A stretch of DNA of 64,000 nt, from NCBI GenBank assembly GCA_044226945.1, contig JBGAGB010000014.1, positions 194 through 64,193 of the forward strand, in the 5' to 3' direction. The notes under the pieces were generated by a model. That model worked only from the letters and a program-made list of their open reading frames with translations, did no database searches and was not told where the DNA came from. Made by a program: the position numbers and the translations under genes. This document shows positions 1 through 9,313 of this stretch, piece by piece. How positions within the stretch are numbered: position 1 is the first letter of the stretch; the number at the start of each line of letters is the position of its first letter. This DNA comes from Cyclobacteriaceae bacterium (GTDB lineage: Bacteria; Bacteroidota; Bacteroidia; Cytophagales; Cyclobacteriaceae).

Positions 1-80
1 TAGGAATTGCCAATTATCAATTCCCCTTCATGAAGTGTCCCTCTACCGCCACTTTTCCAGCCCTGTTAAGGGCGCAATCC

Positions 81-108
81 CCCAGCCATGAAATTGGTTG
101 GGATTTTT
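81..108 (+). terminator. putative intrinsic terminator for a + strand gene ending upstream of the window
   Basis: Stem cccagcca (81-88) pairs with tggttggg (95-102), including one G-U pair. The loop is 6 nt, followed by A-TTTTT at 103-108. No credible ORF lies in 1-270 on either strand. Confidence 0.4.
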
Positions 109-270
109 GAAGCCCCTGACCACCTCCGCCAAAGGGCTACGGCGAGCAAAGAAAGGGGCGAGATATCTGCAGTTCTTGTTGAGTTGATGACAAGGAATCC
201 AAGTTGTTAAGTTAGATCACCACCGCCAAGAGCCCTCATAACTTAATGACATGGATTTGACAATTAAGCG

Positions 271-1425
271 TCAAACCGTAACATGCCGCCAGAGGGGATT
301 CTGGTTCAAGATCATAGGCCCCACTTTTTTCTCGAAATAGTGCTTCAGTTTTGCGACATCGATATCCGTTTGCTTCTCCGACCCTTGAACACGGACTTTA
401 TGCTTCAAATGGAAAGGCGCAAATGATTTATCCGCCAACCGTACTTCGCCCCGAACGATTACCGCCGCAATGTCCTTACATTCCATCCGTAAGAGTTGAT
501 TAGCGATGGGCGTATTTGACTTAGGAATCAGAAAAAAATTGGCAGTCCCACCTAATTCGATGCGTGGCTCAGGCAAGCGAAATATGTTTGCAGCAATGGC
601 GCCGACCATGCTCATGAGTGTTGCATCTTCTGCGTAGCCAAGTCGCTTCGCCGTGCGCATCTCTTCGAGTAGGCACCATTCACCGGTAAGTGTTGAATCG
701 GTCCCGAGTGCGATTGGGAAATGATGCCTCATTTTTCGAATGTCTGCCGTCTTATTAAACATGAAGAGATTTGAGGATGGACACCAGACCATGGAGGCTC
801 CCGCATTTTTCATCAGCATCATTTCGAACTCACCCATCGCAACACCGTGGATGATTACCGTGTTCGCTTGAAGCAGTCGACTTTCTTGCAACGTGCGAAT
901 CTCTTGACGCGCGAGTTCGTCGACACCCTCGGCAGCGTGTATCACAAACGGCCGCTTGTTCGAAATAGATTTGGGGAGTTTCTTTTCAAAAGCCAAAGAG
1001 TGCGCCCAATCAATGGGTAAGACTTCGACTGGGAAAGTCGCATGTCCGAGAATCCGACGCCACCGATTATGGTGCACCACCGTGGTGACTCCGGAGATTA
1101 GGTTCTTTAAACCACCCCATAACAGCCGGTAGTCAAGATCTGTCGCTTCGATTTCTCGAAGTGGCGTCTCCTTTGGCTGATAAATGTCGCGACCCCACTG
1201 AGTGTAGTTTTCGTACGGAGGACTCCCAAGTTTAGGATACAAATTCATCTCGAGATGATCGTGTGCATTGATTAGTCCAGGGCAAAGCACAAAGCCACGG
1301 ACATCCATGCATCCTTCAGACTTCTTGGGCGAAATGCTGTCGGCCATCTGGGCGATCTTTCCTCGCGACACACGCAAGTCTCCCTCGAAATTTGGCAGTA
1401 CAACATGTTTAATGACAAGGCTCAT
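271..1425 (-). CDS. amidohydrolase-family metal-dependent hydrolase
   Basis: HxH metal motif (LINAHDHLEMN), later HAAEG and GTDS blocks typical of the amidohydrolase superfamily. Its start overlaps the stop of the upstream methyltransferase gene by 4 nt. Confidence 0.75.
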   Translation of the reverse strand: MSLVIKHVVLPNFEGDLRVSRGKIAQMADSISPKKSEGCMDVRGFVLCPGLINAHDHLEMNLYPKLGSPPYENYTQWGRDIYQPKETPLREIEATDLDYRLLWGGLKNLISGVTTVVHHNRWRRILGHATFPVEVLPIDWAHSLAFEKKLPKSISNKRPFVIHAAEGVDELARQEIRTLQESRLLQANTVIIHGVAMGEFEMMLMKNAGASMVWCPSSNLFMFNKTADIRKMRHHFPIALGTDSTLTGEWCLLEEMRTAKRLGYAEDATLMSMVGAIAANIFRLPEPRIELGGTANFFLIPKSNTPIANQLLRMECKDIAAVIVRGEVRLADKSFAPFHLKHKVRVQGSEKQTDIDVAKLKHYFEKKVGPMILNQNPLWRHVTV

Positions 1426-2060
1426 CGCTTTGTTCCCGTTACTCCAAAAATGACTGGCACACCTTTATACGTAGGTTCATACCACTGAAGATCGGCCATC
1501 CCAAGTTGAAGCAACAGTGTTCTATATTGTTCGAGTGTATGTAGCGAGTGCTTCACTTCAAATGTCTTCCCCACAGTATCTTTGAACGTACGCTTTGCCC
1601 TCGCTTTGGTTTGACTAGGATGGAAGTCTGTGAGTATCAATTGACCTCCTTCCCGCAAGGCGTTCACGAGCTTTGAAACCACCACCTCGAAGTCATCAAT
1701 ATGGCCCAACACGAGACCGCAGATCACCGTGTCGTACGATTGAGCGTGTAGCTGGACGTGCATGAGGTCGCCAACTTCAAAACGCGCTGCCGGACAGTGT
1801 GAACGCGCCTGTTCGATCATCGCTGGTGAGAGATCGATCCCGTGCACCGACGCCGCGCGACGCTCGAATAATTCGTGACAGATTTTACCGGCACCGCATC
1901 CCGCGTCTAACACATCCCTACCATTCACTCGAATGGCTGACGAAAGGATGTATTGATCAGAATAGTTCTTGATTGGATTGTCTTCCCTGTAGTAGGTAGC
2001 AGCCCATCGATTGTAAGCATCGAGGGGCGACAACACGGGGATCCGTTGCCACCATTTCAC
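1422..2060 (-). CDS. class I SAM-dependent methyltransferase
   Basis: SAM motif I VLDAGCGAGK, followed by an acidic loop (GIDLS). 4-nt overlaps with both neighbouring genes suggest translational coupling. Confidence 0.8.
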   Translation of the reverse strand: MKWWQRIPVLSPLDAYNRWAATYYREDNPIKNYSDQYILSSAIRVNGRDVLDAGCGAGKICHELFERRAASVHGIDLSPAMIEQARSHCPAARFEVGDLMHVQLHAQSYDTVICGLVLGHIDDFEVVVSKLVNALREGGQLILTDFHPSQTKARAKRTFKDTVGKTFEVKHSLHTLEQYRTLLLQLGMADLQWYEPTYKGVPVIFGVTGTKR

Positions 2061-3559
2061 AATCCTTGAATTTCAGGTTGGCGGTAACGTAACCAATATT
2101 TCATGAGGGCTTTCAGCTCGTATGGATAGCTAAACAAGTTCGAGTTATAACGGATCGACGATGCCAATTTGATGCCCCTCCGCTGCCAGGTAGACAATTT
2201 ATAATCGCTGACTGTTGGATATTGCGCGTGGACGACGGTTTCGAAGTCGTGGATATACCGAATCATTTCCGGTTTCAACCAAGGAGTAAGAAACTTGCGA
2301 TGCAAGTCGAAGTTTAGCCACTTTTCTTCGGCCCATTCGTCGAGGGATTCAGGGAATCGAAATCCTCGCTGGTTTGCTTCACTGTACAACGCCGATCCTT
2401 CGGTCGGGACTGGCGTGAAGATATAAATCACAATCTCGGTTTGTGGATTGATCGTCTTGATCTCTTTGATAAAAGAGATTTCGTCGTAGATCTGTTTCCA
2501 GACTTGGTCTTCGGTGGGTGCCGGCAGTCCCAACACAAACGAGTACTCCGGTATAATTCCAAACTTCTTAATTCGACGAGCGAAGGCACGAATCTGGTCA
2601 CCAGTTTGTCGCCCCCCCTTGTCCATTTGTTGCAAGAGTTGGTTGTTGCCGCTCTCTGCTCCAAAGAAGATCATGGTACAACCGCTGTCCGCGATCGCTT
2701 GAAGCGACTCATCCGAGTAATGGTCCATCGTGTCGATCCGACCTTCAGCCCACCACTTCATTTTCTCGGGTCGTATAAGTTTAGCGAACTCAACCGACCG
2801 CTTTTCTGACACGAAGAAATTGTTGTCGTGGAACTGAAATGAGTCAGCACCATATTGATCCTTCAACATTTTTAGATCTTGATAGACCAACGATGCTGAT
2901 TTTCCTTTCCAACGCGCATCGAAAATAGGAACGACTCCGCAAAATGAACAGGTGAAGGGACATCCAATGCTGGAATGGTATGCTGCCGTCCTTGCACCCA
3001 AGAATGTTTTCCCCAACATCTGTGGGATTGGATAGAAGTCGTTCAACTTGTGATACGGCAGAGAGGGAAGTTCATCTTGTTCGTACAGCCCTGCTTTTTT
3101 TGTCTTGATCACTTCACCATTCCTGAGGAAGACTAAGTTTTCAATGTCGTCGAGCGGTTGATTGGTCGAAAGCGCCTTCAAGAGTGAGGGAAAAGCCTTG
3201 TCTCCAGGTCCGTTTACAACTACGTCGACCCAACCCGATCGAATTACTGTTTGATGATGGTTCGAAGCGAAATATCCACCCCACACGATCTTAACCTCAG
3301 GAAACTCCTGCCTGATTTCTTTTGTGAAGGGTATTGCTTGTCGCAATTGAGGTCCCGGCATGACCGTCGATGCAAAAAAACCGAAGTCGCCCGTAGATAG
3401 ATACTCTTGGATCCGCTTCCAGGGGTCTGTCTCAAGGTTGCCATCCACGATCGCAAAGTCGGTCAACCCTTCGATCGAAGCCGCGATGGCCAAGATGGCA
3501 TTGGGAATGATGCGTACTCGATCACCCGCACGTGGATTGAACAACAATACCTTCTTCAT
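2057..3559 (-). CDS. B12-binding-domain radical SAM protein (class B rSAM)
   Basis: N-terminal Rossmann-like cobalamin-binding region, then a CxxxCxxC cluster (GCPFTCSFCG). About 500 aa, typical of class B rSAM enzymes. Confidence 0.85.
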   Translation of the reverse strand: MKKVLLFNPRAGDRVRIIPNAILAIAASIEGLTDFAIVDGNLETDPWKRIQEYLSTGDFGFFASTVMPGPQLRQAIPFTKEIRQEFPEVKIVWGGYFASNHHQTVIRSGWVDVVVNGPGDKAFPSLLKALSTNQPLDDIENLVFLRNGEVIKTKKAGLYEQDELPSLPYHKLNDFYPIPQMLGKTFLGARTAAYHSSIGCPFTCSFCGVVPIFDARWKGKSASLVYQDLKMLKDQYGADSFQFHDNNFFVSEKRSVEFAKLIRPEKMKWWAEGRIDTMDHYSDESLQAIADSGCTMIFFGAESGNNQLLQQMDKGGRQTGDQIRAFARRIKKFGIIPEYSFVLGLPAPTEDQVWKQIYDEISFIKEIKTINPQTEIVIYIFTPVPTEGSALYSEANQRGFRFPESLDEWAEEKWLNFDLHRKFLTPWLKPEMIRYIHDFETVVHAQYPTVSDYKLSTWQRRGIKLASSIRYNSNLFSYPYELKALMKYWLRYRQPEIQGL

Positions 3560-3651
3560 TCAATAAAGATAAGAATGAAAGTTTACTCGGGGCCGTCAAG
3601 TTCTTGTTACCAAATGCGTGACATGACTGTGGTCTTAGTTGTTCGTATCTT

Positions 3652-4752
3652 TTGACCGTGAAGATTGTTCACCTTAGCTATACTAATCCAAATCCGAACC
3701 ACAGCAAACCAGACGAATGGCTGAACCGCGTCGCGTTTTCTAGTGGTGTCGTGGAAGCTCTCGGACCTTACGGCGAACAAATTGTAATCTACCACCTGAA
3801 CTATCGGGGAGAAATAGCCCGAAAAGGAGTTCGATACCTGTTCACGAAGTTGCCGGCTTGGCGATTACGCTGTCCCTTGTCCTTCAATTGGCTCGTAGCT
3901 AGGCTCAAGCCCGACGTGGTGTTGGTTCATGGGCTTATCTTTCCCTGGCAAGTGATCATGCTGCGATGGATTGCGGGAACGAAAGCGAAGATCATTTGCC
4001 AGCACCATGCAGAGAGGCCGTTTCGCGATCTGCGTGGGCTACTAGCTCGATGGGCCGATCGTTACGTCGGAGCATACCTCTTTGCCTCAAGGGAACAGGG
4101 TCAAAAATGGGTTGACGCCGGTCAAATTCGCAAGCTCGATAAGGTGCATGAGGTGATGGGAACTTCCTCTATCTTCTTTCCCGAAGATCGAAACGACGCC
4201 CGGGCAAGGTTGGGAATTAAAGCAACAAAGATCTATTTGTGGATTGGTGACTTGGATGAAAACAAAGACCCATTGCTGGCGGCGCGAGCTTTTCAGACGT
4301 TTTCCGCGCTTCATCCGGAAACAGCGCTTTACATGATTTACCAAGGGAAACCACTGGAAGATGCTTTGAGAAAAATCGTTGTCTCGACTCCAAGTATTCA
4401 CTTGATAGGACCTATTGTTCATTCAGAATTACAATCCTGGTTTAATGCGGCGGACTTTATCATTTCGACGTCGCACTACGAGGGTAGTGGTATTGCGGTA
4501 TGCGAAGCATTGTCGTGTGGGTGCGTCCCGATCGTTTCAGACATCCCATCCTTTAAGATGATGACGTGCAACGGCACGATCGGAGTTTTATTTCCAACTG
4601 GCGATGAGCGGGCGCTCACAGATCGACTGAATACAACGTTCCACTGGAATTTGACTGAAAGACGCCAAGTAGTAATCGACCATTTTCAAACGGAGCTTTC
4701 ATTTGAAGCGAATGCGAGAAAAATCATGGCTGTGATTCAATCGATCTCATGA
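3652..4752 (+). CDS. glycosyltransferase, GT-B fold (family 4/1-like)
   Basis: C-terminal EGSGIAVCEALSCGCVPIVSD block (E-x7-E-type GT1/GT4 signature). The ORF-track start is TTG 3652. GTG 3658 (giving MKIVHLS) is an alternative start. Confidence 0.8.
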   Translation: MTVKIVHLSYTNPNPNHSKPDEWLNRVAFSSGVVEALGPYGEQIVIYHLNYRGEIARKGVRYLFTKLPAWRLRCPLSFNWLVARLKPDVVLVHGLIFPWQVIMLRWIAGTKAKIICQHHAERPFRDLRGLLARWADRYVGAYLFASREQGQKWVDAGQIRKLDKVHEVMGTSSIFFPEDRNDARARLGIKATKIYLWIGDLDENKDPLLAARAFQTFSALHPETALYMIYQGKPLEDALRKIVVSTPSIHLIGPIVHSELQSWFNAADFIISTSHYEGSGIAVCEALSCGCVPIVSDIPSFKMMTCNGTIGVLFPTGDERALTDRLNTTFHWNLTERRQVVIDHFQTELSFEANARKIMAVIQSIS

Positions 4753-5843
4753 GCGACAGAACATCAATTGCGTGGGTAATCCCAGGCGGTGTGGGCACTG
4801 GCAAGGACCATATCGGGGTGCCGGTTTTAAACGACCTACTCGAACGCATCTCGAAAGACTTCGATCTAGTTGTCTTTTCGATCGCGAAGATCAACCAAGG
4901 ATTTGTGCCAAACGGCTTTATGCTGGTCGAGGTTGAATATCCAAATCCTGCTTCCGGCATGCTCAACCTTTTGTGGTCCGTCAGGCGAGAACATCGTCAA
5001 CGAAATTTTGTTGCGATTCATGGATTCTGGGGTTTACCGACCGGCCTCATGGCGGTTGCGACCGGAAAGTGGTTGGGAATCCGATCCATCGTGAGTGTAC
5101 TAGGTGGTGATGCCGCCGGAATTCCAGCCCTTCATTATGGAAGGCTTCACAAACCCATTCACAAGAAGTTGCTCTTTTGGGGACTCCGACATGCCAACAT
5201 TGTCAATGCGTTGACGAACTACCTCGCACGCAACTTACGTGACGCTGGTTTTGAACGTCAGGTAGACATTTTGCCATGGGGTGTCGATGCCGAAAAATTC
5301 CGGTTCATCGCGAAGCCAGTCGCTTCACCGATCCGATTCCTACACATAGCCAACTTTCATCCGGTGAAAGACCAAACGACGCTGTTAAAAGCATTTTCTG
5401 AGATCGCGTGTAAGGTAAACTCGGAACTGACGATAGTTGGGACAGGGACAGAAGAAGCTCACCTGAAAAACTTGATCAAAGAACTAGATTTGACGAACGC
5501 AGTGCGGATCATCTCGCCGATGCCGTACCAAGACCTCCCTCAAGTGTATCACCGCGCCGACATATTACTACACACGTCACTGTCGGAAGGACAATGCGAA
5601 GTGGTGACGGAAGCGATGAGCTGCGGTGTCATTGTCTGTGGCACTCGTGTAGGGCTTATGTACGACCTACCACAAGCGTGCGTCACGGTTTCAGTTGGTG
5701 ACCATCGTGGACTCGCGGATGCAGTTCTAAAGTTGTTGGCCGATCCCACGCGCATGAACGAATTGAGAAGACGCGCACACGAATGGACGAGCGTGCATGA
5801 CGTTGAGTGGACGGCCAACCGATTGAAAGCACTCTATCTATGA
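4749..5843 (+). CDS. glycosyltransferase, GT-B fold (family 4/1-like)
   Basis: SEGQCEVVTEAMSCGVIVCGT signature. 4-nt overlap with the preceding glycosyltransferase. Confidence 0.8.
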   Translation: MSDRTSIAWVIPGGVGTGKDHIGVPVLNDLLERISKDFDLVVFSIAKINQGFVPNGFMLVEVEYPNPASGMLNLLWSVRREHRQRNFVAIHGFWGLPTGLMAVATGKWLGIRSIVSVLGGDAAGIPALHYGRLHKPIHKKLLFWGLRHANIVNALTNYLARNLRDAGFERQVDILPWGVDAEKFRFIAKPVASPIRFLHIANFHPVKDQTTLLKAFSEIACKVNSELTIVGTGTEEAHLKNLIKELDLTNAVRIISPMPYQDLPQVYHRADILLHTSLSEGQCEVVTEAMSCGVIVCGTRVGLMYDLPQACVTVSVGDHRGLADAVLKLLADPTRMNELRRRAHEWTSVHDVEWTANRLKALYL

Positions 5844-5913
5844 TTGCGACGGGATCGAGTTCTTAACCAAGAAGAGGAGGAGCGGTGCCACAAAAAGTCC
5901 CGAAAACACTATC

Positions 5914-7065
5914 TTGGCTTTGATGAAAGCCAGTTCAATGAAAAATTCTTGTTTCGCAGGTGTCCTTCTTTTTTTGACTTGCCTCGCGTGCACCACTCCC
6001 GAGAAGAAAGCTGACCCGCTTGTCGCCTCAATCGACTCGGTGATGAAAGCGCTGGTTGATACGGCGCGGTTCAACGGCAACGTGCTTGTCGCGAAGGAAG
6101 GCAAGGTAGTTTACCAAAAGAATTTCGGCTTCGCCAATTTCGACACTGGGGCGAAGCTCAACGACTCATCGATGTTTGACTTGGCTTCAGTGTCGAAAGC
6201 CTTCACGTCGATGGCGATCATGATGCTACACGAAGAAGGAAAAATTGGTTACGAAGACGACGTTCGCAAGTTCCTTCCTGAACTGCCGTATGAAGGCATG
6301 ACCGTTCGCCATTTCCTGACACACACTTCTGGCATTCCCGAATACGAGGAACTGATGATGCAAAACTTCGATAACAAGAAAATCGCTTCGAATGCAGATG
6401 TTCTTAAGATGCTTGCCCAATTGAAACCCCCGATTAAGTTCAAGCCTGGCGAAAAGTGGAGTTACAGCAATACGGCTTACGCCATGCTCGCAACGATCGT
6501 CGAGAGAACATCTGGTGAAAAATTTGGCGACTTTTTACGTGCCCGGATTTTCACGCCGCTCGACATGAAACGAACACGCGTGTACATTACCCGACGCTCG
6601 GGCGAGGTGCTCGATAACTACGCGTTTGGATACGTCTGGGTTGACAGCTTGAAGAAGTATGTGCTCCCCGATAGCTTAAAAGAATTTACCTACGTCTACA
6701 CGCTCGATGGCATCCAAGGGGATGGCGTCGTGAACTCCACCACACCTGATTTATTCAAATGGAACGAGGCGTTGTACACGGATAGGCTGGTGAGCAAACA
6801 GACGCTCGAAGAAGCTTTTGCATCCGAGAAGCTGAACAATGACAGTCTGTGTAACTATGGATTTGGCTGGTTCATCGAAAACGACAGCATCGACGGAAGG
6901 ATCGTTCGCCATACCGGTAGTTGGACGGGCTATCGGGCGTTGTTGGTTCGCTTCCTTGATTCAAAGGACTGCATTATCATTCTAACGAATACCGAAAACC
7001 CTGTAGCACGAACGGCGGCAGGAAACGAAATTCGAAAGAGGCTTCGTCGTGCCCACGGTCGCTAG
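5914..7065 (+). CDS. serine hydrolase, beta-lactamase/PBP4-like family (probable lipoprotein)
   Basis: SxxK motif (SVSKAF), YSN motif (YSNTAY), signal/lipobox-like LTCLAC. The true start may be ATG 5923 or 5938. Confidence 0.8.
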   Translation: MALMKASSMKNSCFAGVLLFLTCLACTTPEKKADPLVASIDSVMKALVDTARFNGNVLVAKEGKVVYQKNFGFANFDTGAKLNDSSMFDLASVSKAFTSMAIMMLHEEGKIGYEDDVRKFLPELPYEGMTVRHFLTHTSGIPEYEELMMQNFDNKKIASNADVLKMLAQLKPPIKFKPGEKWSYSNTAYAMLATIVERTSGEKFGDFLRARIFTPLDMKRTRVYITRRSGEVLDNYAFGYVWVDSLKKYVLPDSLKEFTYVYTLDGIQGDGVVNSTTPDLFKWNEALYTDRLVSKQTLEEAFASEKLNNDSLCNYGFGWFIENDSIDGRIVRHTGSWTGYRALLVRFLDSKDCIIILTNTENPVARTAAGNEIRKRLRRAHGR

Positions 7066-7067
7066 GG

Positions 7068-8078
7068 CTAGCGCCAAGGTGCCTTTTGATAGGCCGTCAC
7101 GTACGGTTGCCCATCAAGGACAATCATCGGGTCATTCACATTTTTCGGATGATTCCGTTTTTCGAGACGATAAGATCCTTGTCCCCGGGTGGCCGAATTG
7201 TAATAGATTCGGTCGCCTTGCACATACCATGTTCCTTGGTCGGAACCTTGGGAACTAGTACCACCTGAAAATGCCGACGTGTTGACACTCATCGAGCGCT
7301 CAGAATAATATTGATAGGAGCCGTCGCCGTTAAGAGTGATGCACTCGTCGGTGGAAGAACCTCCGCTATTCGTGTTGGCGACGTTGATCCAGCACCATTT
7401 GCCAACCAATTCCTGTGGTATTTGTCGACCCGCATTTGTGGTCGCCCCTCCTACATTTCCTGGTCCTTTTTGATACACCACACGTTGGCCGTTCGCCATC
7501 ATTGTCAATTGTGATCCTGAAATCGTGTATTGGAACATCGCGTTACCTTGGGCGGTGATCAGCGTCACATGTCCCTGGCTTGCTTCGTATTTAAATGTGT
7601 TTCCTAAGTAAACTACGTCACCGTTGGTTTTGAATTCGATCGACTCACCATTTCCAGACCACAGCCCCAACAAATTCTTATCAACATTGGATGAGGGGGT
7701 CGTCGTACTACTTGCATTGTTGGAGACCGATGATTGCGCAGCGGGTGTTTCTGTTCCCCCCCTGGTGAACGTGACCGCCTGATCGAGGTCGCCACCGCTC
7801 AGTGTGAGGGAATTTCCTGAAAGTGTATAGTTGTAATTGGTCGTCTGTTGTTGCGCGACCATCGTGAGTGCCAGCACGCCTGATTGGGCGGAATACTTCA
7901 CTGCTTCGCCGTCGAATTCACCCGTGCCGTCAGGGTTGAGTGTCAACGTCATCTGGTAACCGAACTGGTTGTTCTGCCAGAGACCTGTAAGTTGAGTGGT
8001 TTGTTTTGCCTTCGCGCCGATCTGCGCGAGTGCTAGGCACGAAAAAAAGACAAAGGTGAGGGTGAGTGGTGTCCGCAT
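7068..8078 (-). CDS. hypothetical secreted protein with internal repeated modules
   Basis: Signal peptide MRTPLTLTFVFFSCLALAQ. Two clearly related modules of about 70 aa (LTGLWQ...LNPDGTGEF...YTLSGNSLTL and LLGLWS...KTNGDVVY...YTISGSQLTM), plus a divergent third module. Confidence 0.6.
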   Translation of the reverse strand: MRTPLTLTFVFFSCLALAQIGAKAKQTTQLTGLWQNNQFGYQMTLTLNPDGTGEFDGEAVKYSAQSGVLALTMVAQQQTTNYNYTLSGNSLTLSGGDLDQAVTFTRGGTETPAAQSSVSNNASSTTTPSSNVDKNLLGLWSGNGESIEFKTNGDVVYLGNTFKYEASQGHVTLITAQGNAMFQYTISGSQLTMMANGQRVVYQKGPGNVGGATTNAGRQIPQELVGKWCWINVANTNSGGSSTDECITLNGDGSYQYYSERSMSVNTSAFSGGTSSQGSDQGTWYVQGDRIYYNSATRGQGSYRLEKRNHPKNVNDPMIVLDGQPYVTAYQKAPWR

Positions 8079-8116
8079 TTACCGAAGTTAAGGAATCGGT
8101 AGGAAATGCGCGGGGG

Positions 8117-8599
8117 TCAGATGAAGGACTCGACAGCCTTCATCAGTTTCTCTAGGTACACAAGGTCGGTATTGTCGAAGTCGTTGAGTCTGTCACTATC
8201 CACATCTAAGACCATCGCAACGGAGCCATTCTTGAAAACGGGAACGACAATTTCAGATTTTGAATCGGAGCTGCAGGCGATATGACCGGGAAACTCATCT
8301 ACGTTGGGAACCAAAATCGTCTTTCCCTCTTTCCATGCAGTTCCGCAAACGCCTCTTCCAAAATTAATCCGAGTACACGCGATCGGTCCCTGAAAAGGTC
8401 CTAGCACAAGCTGGTGATCACGGACGATATAAAATCCCACCCAGAAAAATCCGAATGATTGGCGTAATGCTGCCACAACGTTTGAAAGGTTCGCTACGAT
8501 GTCCGTTTCCCCTTCGACGAGCGAACGAACTTGTGGCAAGAGTACTTCATAGCGCTCTTTCTTGTCTGTAGATTCTGAAACAACTAGGTTTTCGGCCAT
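8117..8599 (-). CDS. GAF-domain protein (free methionine-R-sulfoxide reductase-like)
   Basis: About 160 aa with FFWVGFY...GPFQGP.ACTRI.FGRGVCG, typical of the single-GAF YebR/MsrC family. Confidence 0.75.
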   Translation of the reverse strand: MAENLVVSESTDKKERYEVLLPQVRSLVEGETDIVANLSNVVAALRQSFGFFWVGFYIVRDHQLVLGPFQGPIACTRINFGRGVCGTAWKEGKTILVPNVDEFPGHIACSSDSKSEIVVPVFKNGSVAMVLDVDSDRLNDFDNTDLVYLEKLMKAVESFI

Positions 8600-8601
8600 C
8601 G

Positions 8602-9273
8602 CTATTTAATTTCTGGTTCACCTTCCGTCGACCGAGCTTCTGTCTGCGTTTGAAGCGGCTCGGATAGTGATGCTTCCGACGTTCCCTCGGCGGATTCTTC
8701 CCTCTCTTTAAAGAACCGCTTTTGAAAAATTAAGATTGTCACCACGCCAATGAAGATGGATGAATCTGCGATGTTGAATACAGGGCTGAAGAAGACGAAG
8801 TTGTCGCCGCCGAGAAAAGGAACCCAAGACGGCCAATAGAAATCGAAGAGCGGAAAAAACAACATGTCGATCACTTGGCCATGAAACCAGCGATACGGCG
8901 AACCCACAGGCGCGTTGTTGAGGAACACTCCATAAAACGTGCTATCGATGACGTTGCCGATCGCGCCACCGAGGATCAATGCCATTGCCACCAAAAAGCC
9001 AGGGTGGGCGCCACTGCGGATGCGCGTGTATAGGTAATAACCAATTCCACCCATCGCGACGATCCTGAACAAAGTAAGGCCCATTTTGCCGAACTCGCTT
9101 TCCCACCTTATCCCGAAAGCCATGCCTGGGTTCAAAAGGTAGTGAAGCTTGAACCATTCACCGAGTACGCTTACCTCTTCGTGTAGGTGCATGTTGTTCC
9201 AGACGAGCAGCTTAACCGTTTGGTCAATAGCGATGACGGCAAGGGCAATCAAAAAATACTTGGCTACTTTCAT
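8602..9273 (-). CDS. lspA: lipoprotein signal peptidase II
   Basis: Four TM segments with GGAIGNVIDS and FNIADS motifs. It lies in the classic position downstream of ileS. Confidence 0.9.
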   Translation of the reverse strand: MKVAKYFLIALAVIAIDQTVKLLVWNNMHLHEEVSVLGEWFKLHYLLNPGMAFGIRWESEFGKMGLTLFRIVAMGGIGYYLYTRIRSGAHPGFLVAMALILGGAIGNVIDSTFYGVFLNNAPVGSPYRWFHGQVIDMLFFPLFDFYWPSWVPFLGGDNFVFFSPVFNIADSSIFIGVVTILIFQKRFFKEREESAEGTSEASLSEPLQTQTEARSTEGEPEIK

Positions 9274-9313
9274 TCCTTTGTCTTAAGACCAGGATCGGTC
9301 AATTTGTCACGCT

